DNA of 64,000 bases, from NCBI RefSeq assembly GCF_009914755.1, contig NC_060933.1; one strand, written 5' to 3'. Source of the stretch: the human T2T-CHM13v2.0 reference genome, Homo sapiens. The notes below the pieces were generated by a model that was not told the origin of the DNA, did no database searches, and saw only the letters and a list, made by a program, of their open reading frames with translations. A program made the position numbers and the translations under genes. Numbering within the stretch: position 1 is the first letter of the stretch; every line of letters begins with the position of its first letter. Of the stretch, positions 57,274 through 64,000 are shown piece by piece.

Positions 57274-58694
57274 GGAGTTTGTTATACTCCATAAATAGGA
57301 GTATAACACTTTTCTTCAGAAGAGTTTACTTCAGTACATCATGGAATAGAACAGCACCAATAGGTTGTATTCAGTCTGCAGATATATCTACAGTTATTGA
57401 AACTGACTATTTAAATGTATGTCTCGGAAATATTATTTGACTAAAGCTTGCTCCCTTATAGAGACAGTTCAGCATGCTCTTGAAAGCATAAAGGCTGCCT
57501 TTGTTTGACACAGTTCAGTATTATCTTTTTCAAAAAGCTGATGATGAAAACATAGGGAATGATTCTTAAATTCTGATAAAATATACATTTATTCTTCAGA
57601 ACATTTGGGAGCAGCTGATTTACTGCTGAGAAAAAATATTAACAGCAAAGTTTGTTTCATTATGTGTGTAATAAAACTGCTAATGTTCTTTTTCTCCCTT
57701 TTGTAGAAATGGTAAATGAAGATTTGCATTCTGGGTAGAACTTCCTCTTGGGGAAGCAATAGAAGCCTAGACTGACATTCCCTAGGCCCCAAACCTTGTT
57801 AAAAGTGGTTTCAGTCCTGGGGACCTAATGCACTGATTGCTTCCCTAGAAGGAGTCTCATTGCTTGCTCCGTTCGGTCCTATTACTGAAGGTCTAATTAC
57901 ATCTATTATGCTGTTCAGTTTCACAGAAGGTTGGGGAAGAAAATTAGAGGTATTAGGGTATGAGATTGGGGGCGTGTAACACACATACAAAAAAATACAC
58001 ACACACATTCATATCGTAGGTTTTAAGAAATGCAATGGTGACCAAACTAGAGTATTTGTGAGATTATTTCTAAACTATCACGTTATGTTACTGTAACAAG
58101 ACAAAATGGAGACGGTTCCAATTCCGTGTGATTGCCCAGGCCACAGGGATCCAATTACACTGTCAAAATCTGAGGTGCTGGAACTTAAAAGCCCCACAGG
58201 ACCTCTTTGCAACCAAACACATTTTTCTCCATCAGTAAAAGGGCAAGTAAAGGATTTTTGATCCCATTGTAAAGGGTGTCTTACATTCAGAGCTCCCCAA
58301 AACATCTCCTAGCCCACTCTTTCCCTGTATAGTGTAAATATTATAAGCTTATGCTATGCTTTTGTGGAGCCTTCATGAAGACTGTTTTCATGGCCTAATA
58401 GAGCTCAAAATGGAAAGGAAGAGGGGGCAGAAGGGAGACTCATTATTTTTTAAATGGCTTCACTTTTCCCGTAGGAATCCTATATATCCCACTTAGCAGA
58501 AGCTCATTCCAGCGCTGATTAAGTGGGAAATACACAGAATCTCAAAAGGTCGGATCTATAATCAGCTGTCCTCAGGGGTTGACATGGAAAACTTTTTAAT
58601 CCAACTTGAATTTATTGCCATCTGATAACAAAGCGAAAAAAACTATGAGACATTAAGTACATATATTTCAATATAGTTACATATATATTACAAA

Positions 58695-58727
<33 letters not shown>
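58695..58727. repeat. (GT)n microsatellite
   Basis: Read directly. Confidence 0.95.
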
Positions 58728-58730
<3 letters not shown>

Positions 58731-59929
58731 AATGGAAGATGCACTGCCTGCCTAAACTCAGAATAACCTGGTTTACCTAAAGCATTTGTTAGGCAATCTT
58801 TCCTATAGCATATTTACTTTATGTTGTTGATTTGTTTTATATTTTGGAGTCTTTCAAACTAATAAATTAAGTTTTCGTGGCAATGGTTCTGTATCTATTT
58901 GTGAGAAACAATTCACAAATTGGAGTCTAAAGGTGTGTGACTAAAAAAAGTGTTTATAAAAGAAATAGGATAATAGGAAAAAAAGGAAAAACAAACAGAA
59001 TTCTTAATAAGCTGCCAAAGTGTGTAACTGCAAACCTGTGATAAACATTTCTTTGTGGGAAGAATATACTTGTGGAGCCGGATGGCTTAAGCTGGACAAA
59101 GCCTAGTTTCTTGTCTATTCAATGCATTTTTACTTATTTTAGTAAGGAAATATTAGTCAATATTTCATTAAAAATGACTTTGGTCAAAAGCTGAAGGTTT
59201 TTTACTCATCACACCTTAAAATGCCATCTCTATTTATGTCCTCCCATAAATTTGTAGTCATTTCTATATCACCTTTATGCTGAGAGCAGCACCCAAATAC
59301 AAAATGTTAAATCAGTCATGAACGTGCACACTTGCTTCTCTGAGTGGAAGAAAATAGATTGTTCCTTTCTTCCCTCCTTATTCCAAGTAGTTATTAAGTT
59401 AAGCCCGGAAGAAAATTGGCCTTGGAGTTGTCTTGAGCTGTGAGATTGAGAAAAGGTGTGAAGGCTTCTCATTTAAACATTATTCCACTTCTCTACTCCC
59501 TGGGAGAAAACAGTCTTACAAGAGTGATGGAAAGAAAATGGTGTAAGTGGCAAGGTGGCATTTTGTTTTTCACTATATGAGTGGTTTTTCCTTATCAGTA
59601 TTTATAAAAGTCGCTGTTGTCCCTATGTTTTCGCACTTCCTGAAGAAGAATAAGAGAGGAAGGAAATCAGAGTAGTTTCTAGACTTGTGTTCATGGGAAA
59701 GCTGGGAGAAAGTACACAGCAAGCAGAGACATTGGGGGGATGAATGTCTGTCTCTTTGTAATTCTGAGTATGTCCCAATGAGTAACAGCACGGCTCTTCT
59801 GTCTGTGAGAGACAATTAGAGCACAGAAACTAGGAAGTAGGGAGGCCAGCGATGAGAAGGATCTGCTCTGGGGAAACAGAAACCACCCACACTGGTTCCA
59901 CACAGTGGAAATACAGGAATGGACTAGCT

Positions 59930-60142
59930 AGGAGCACATGGCATGAATCACTTAGCTGGGCTTGAATCCCAGAGATATGACCGAGGGAAAACTAGCTAAG
60001 TTCTCTGGCCCTCATTTTTCTCATCTGCAACATGGGAATAGTAATTGTATCTATTTCAATGGTTTTGAGGGATAATGAAATGAAATAATAAAGAATGACA
60101 GGCACAAAGAGTAGTAAGTGCTCATGAGAAGTCAGCTGCTGA
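59930..60142 (+). mobile_element. MIR SINE
   Basis: Core 'cctcatttttctcatctgcaacatgggaatagtaattgtatcta' and tail 'tagtaagtgctca'. Confidence 0.75.
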
Positions 60143-60479
60143 TAGTGTTAACGTTGAGAAGGAACAAAATTCTAAAGCTGAGAAAAATGTTTTCTGTCCT
60201 AATCAACTCTGATGGTGATAAGGAAGTATAACTTAAAGTATTTGCCAAGAAACACAAGTGTTTGGGCTAATTGGCTTGAATGGGTCAAGTGTTTCAATAC
60301 ATTTAGGAATATACCTACTGGGAAATAATTGACTGATGAAGAAGGGTTTTCAATGTGGATTGCATAGAGTCCTAACCAAGTGAGGACTGGCTTCTAATGG
60401 AAAGCTTATCTTGAGCTGAAAAGAATGTTTTTTGTTTGTTTTATTTTGTTTGCAGGCAGAGAGTGTTCCAGTACCTCCA

Positions 60480-61175
60480 TTTTTTAAAAACTAAATCTTA
60501 TTGTGTACATTTGAAATTTACAACATAATGTTATAAGATACACATAGATAGTAAAATGGTTACTATAATGAAGCAAATTAACATATCTATCATCTCATAC
60601 AGTTGCTTTTTTTGTGAAAAGAGCAGCTCATGTCTACTTATTTAACAAAAATATCCAATACAATATAATTTTATTTACTATAGTCATTGCTCATTAGATC
60701 TCTAGACTTGTTCATCCTACATACCTGCTACTTTGCATTCTTTGACCTAAATCTCCTCATTTCCTCCTCCTGGTAACCCCACTCCTGGTAACTGTTGTTT
60801 CATTTTCTATCTCTGTGTATTTTATTCTTTTTTTTTTTCAAGATTCCACATATAAGTAAGATCATGCAATGTATTTCTTTCTGTTCTGGCTTATTTTACT
60901 TAGCATAATGCCCCCTAGGCCCATCTATGTTGTGGCAAATGGCAAAATTGGCTTCTTTTTCAAGGCTGAATAGGATTTTATTATGTCTATCTATTTATCC
61001 ATCCATCCATCTATTTATCTATATATAGAGAGAGGTTTTTTTTATCAAATTGCTTGTTGATAATCGCTTATGTTGGCTCCATATCTTGGCTATTATGAAT
61101 AACATTACAATAAACATGGGAGTACTTATAGCTTTATGAGATGGTAATTTCAGCTCCATTGAGTGTATATACAAG
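60480..61175 (-). mobile_element. L1MA (L1MA7-9-like) 3' end
   Basis: 'attagatctctagacttgttcatcctac' and 'agattccacatataagtaagatcatgca'. Confidence 0.85.
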
Positions 61176-61189
61176 CATTATTGTGTTGC

Positions 61190-62760
61190 ATAATTAAAAT
61201 GTTTTTACTGCCCAAAGCAATACAGTTGACCCTTGAATGACATTGGTGTAAACTGCATAGGTCTACTTATATATGATTTTTTTTTTTTTTTAGTAAAAGT
61301 TGCACAAAGTATGCCTGCCTCTCCTGCCTCCTGTTCCACCTCCTCCACCTATTCTGCCTCTGCCCCCTCTAGATAGCAAGACTAACACCCCCTTTTACTC
61401 CTCCTCTTCAGCCTACTCAATGTGAAGACAAAGGTGATGAAGACTTTTATGATGATCCACTTCCAGTAAATAAATAGTAAATATGTTTTCTCTTTATTAT
61501 TTTCTTATTGGCATTTTTTCTCTTACTCTAAAACTATAATGCACAAATACATATAACGTACAAAATATGAGCAAATCAACTGTATATGTTATTTGCAAGG
61601 CTTCTTATCAACAGTAGGCTCTTAGTTAAATTTTGGGAAGTCAAAAGTTATATGTGGATTTTCTACTGCTTGGGGGGTCAGCACTCCTAAAACCTGCATT
61701 GTTCAAGTATCTACTGCATACAGATTAAACACAATTCCTATGAAAATTTCAATAACATTCTTCATAGAAATAAAAGAAACATTCCTAAAATTGGTTTGGA
61801 ACCACAAAATACCCTGGATATCCAAAGCAATAATACTAAGAAAGCAAAACAAAGTTGGAAACATCATACTTCCCAATTTAAACTTATATTACCAAGATAT
61901 AACAATCAAAACAGTATGTAACCAGCATAAAAGTGGAAATATAGACCAATGAAATAGCATAGAAAGCCCAGAAATAAATTCAAATATGTATGTTCAAATA
62001 ATTTTGACACAGGCACCAAGAGGACACAATCAGAAAAGGATAGTCTCTTCAATAAATGATGATAGGAAAGCTGGGTTTTCACATGCGAAAGAATATATAA
62101 AATTTATATTGGAGCCTTATCTTAAATCATACAAAAAAAATCAGCTCAAAGTGGATAAAAGATTCAAATATAAGACTTGATCCCATAAAACACCTAGAAG
62201 AGAACGTAAGAGAAAATCCCCTTGATATTGGCCTTGGCAATGATTTTTGGCTACCTTACCAAAAGCTCATGTGACAGAAGCAAAAATGAATAAAGGGGAT
62301 TGCATGAAACTAAAAAGTTTCTGCACAGCAAAGGATACAATCAACAAAATGAAAAAAGCAACTTCTGGGTTAGAAAAAAATATTTGCAAACCATGTATCT
62401 GATAAAAGGTTAATATCTAAAAATTTCAAAGAGCTCTTTTAACTCAATTTCAGGAAAATAAATCACCTGACTTAAAAAGGGGAAAAGGACCTGAACAGAG
62501 TTCTTCCTAAAGAAGATATAAAAAAGACCAACAGGTATATGAAAAGGTGCTCTACAACACTAGTCATCAGGGAAATGCAAAATTAAACCACAGTGAGATA
62601 TACCCTCATACTTGGTGTAACTGCTATTATCAAAAAGATAAGCTACAAATGTTGGTGAGGGTGTGGAGAAAATGGAATCCTAGTATACTGTTAGTGGGCA
62701 TATAGATTTGTACAGCATTATGGAAAACAGTATGTAAATTCCTAAATAAATTAAAAATAA
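61190..62760 (+). mobile_element. L1MA ORF2 segment, inverted relative to 60480-61175 and split by a Tigger
   Basis: ORF 61740 'MKISITFFIEIKETFLKLVWNHKIPWISKAIIL..ILPNLNLYY' resembles ORF2p. Confidence 0.85.
61223..61716 (+). mobile_element. Tigger2a/MER28-like TcMar-Tigger element
   Basis: TIRs 'cagttgacccttgaa' and 'ttcaagtatctactg', preceded by TA; internal 'cagcctactcaatgtgaagac...tatgatgatccacttcca'. Confidence 0.88.
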
Positions 62761-63394
62761 TGCTTTTGAAGAGTTACAAATATCCAGACAACAAACTAGT
62801 TTTTCTTAAATATGTACAGAATTTTTAGGAGTTTCATGGTTCTAAAATGAGCTTAAGAAATTTAGATCTTGGCTATCTGTTAACCTAGCACTGCTGTAAA
62901 GTATCCTGAAAAACTCCTCAACAAATATTCCTGTAACAAAAAATAGGAGACAAAAATTTGAATAGACTCTTGTTGGACAATCTTCTTTATTTAACTGTTA
63001 TGGAGATTGCTCACTAAGAAAAACTATAAAGAACATTGTCAGCTTAAATGGAGTGCTTTTATCTGTTACTATTTGCCCTGAAATAGTAACTATCTGTGAA
63101 TATTAGTGTGGGCAGACTGGAAATCTTAAACCAGCACTAGCTTTTTTTAAATAGGGAAAATATAATGTACATTTTCTCTAATCAGCATTCATTAGCACAA
63201 TCATTTCAGGAATAAACATTTTTTAATGATCCAACTAAGTGGTAAATTGCATTTTCATATATTCTGAAAATAACTTTCAGTTGTGAAAAGTACAGAGCAC
63301 AATAGGATTTCATTATCTTGTTAATATAAAAAAATGCCTAAATACCACTTTCCTTCATTTTAACATAACACACATCATATTAAAGCAAGCCTTA

Positions 63395-63805
63395 ATTTTC
63401 ATATATCTGTTGAGGGCCTACTATGTAACAAGCACTATTCTAAGTACTGCAATTCAATGGAGAACATGTCTCTTAAGGTATTATAGTCTGATAGAAGGAG
63501 ACAAAAAATAAGCAAATAAAGGAACAAACAATTATGATGAATGTGACAAAGAAAATATCCAACATTGGCATTGAAGTGCTGCTTTAGGAAAGGCTTCTTT
63601 GAGGTGCCTTTGAGCAGAGACATGAAGAATGAAAAGGTGCTCATTATGTAAAGGATACCATGAGCTGGACAGAAGCTCAACATGTTTGGAGGATGAGAAG
63701 GTGCTGATGCATAATGAGGAGAGGGAGAGTACCTGACACCTAATAACAGAAGGAGGCAGGGCCAGATGAGCTAGGCACTGGAAGCCATGGCCAGGTTTAA
63801 GATTC
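63395..63805 (-). mobile_element. L2 3' fragment
   Basis: 'ttgagggcctactatgtaacaagcactattctaagtactg' and 'aaggcttctttgagg...tgagcagagacatgaagaatga'. Confidence 0.75.
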
Positions 63806-63819
63806 AAAAGCTGCTTGTT

Positions 63820-63821
<2 letters not shown>

Positions 63822-63872
<51 letters not shown>

Positions 63873-63887
63873 AAGAAAGAAAGAGAG
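63822..63887. repeat. Compound (GT)n(GA)n(GAAA)n microsatellite
   Basis: Read directly. Confidence 0.97.
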
Positions 63888-63966
63888 TTAGTTTAGCTGG
63901 ACAACTGAATTATTGCTTTTCATTTTGTACCACCTTTGTTTTTGCATTCATGCAGAACTATTAATA

Positions 63967-64000
63967 TTAGGTTACTGCAAAAGTAATTGCAGTTTTTGTC
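63967..64000. mobile_element. MADE1 mariner MITE, cut by window end
   Basis: 'ttaggttactgcaaaagtaattgcagtttttg' resembles TTAGGTTGGTGCAAAAGTAATTGCGGTTTTTG. Confidence 0.8.

Noticed and set aside
57707-57711. Possible 5-nt microexon ag|AAATG|gtaaat
   Set aside because: Weak donor, not frame-preserving, and no host coding gene is evident

Overview
AT-rich, CpG-poor primate genomic DNA (human-like, since it carries AluJ, AluS and AluY), intergenic or deep-intronic. I find no intact protein-coding gene, tRNA, rRNA or CRISPR array. The ORFs I can assign are fragments of L1, L2, Alu or LTR elements; the rest look like chance ORFs. Roughly half the window is transposable-element sequence. This includes a decayed near-full-length L1PA13-like element (5268-12215, minus), a 5'-truncated L1PA8A-like element, old L1M and L2 pieces, and eight Alu elements or monomers. 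It also includes MaLR/ERVL/ERV1 LTRs, an ERVL-like internal remnant, DNA transposons and microsatellites. The structure that repeats do not explain is a set of local fold-back and duplication events. The largest is a ~410-bp, ~94%-identical inverted duplication of apparently unique DNA (52659-53072 / 56860-57273), with a nested 65-bp hairpin and a small hairpin at its outer end. Others are a ~330-bp tandem duplication, a diverged ~58-bp direct repeat and a pre-miRNA-sized hairpin at 29321-29377. Several splice-site-bounded segments could be exons of a spliced transcript. Repeat subfamily names are assigned from recalled consensus motifs and need RepeatMasker/Dfam confirmation. I cannot name the locus, and no new biological system is demonstrated from sequence alone.
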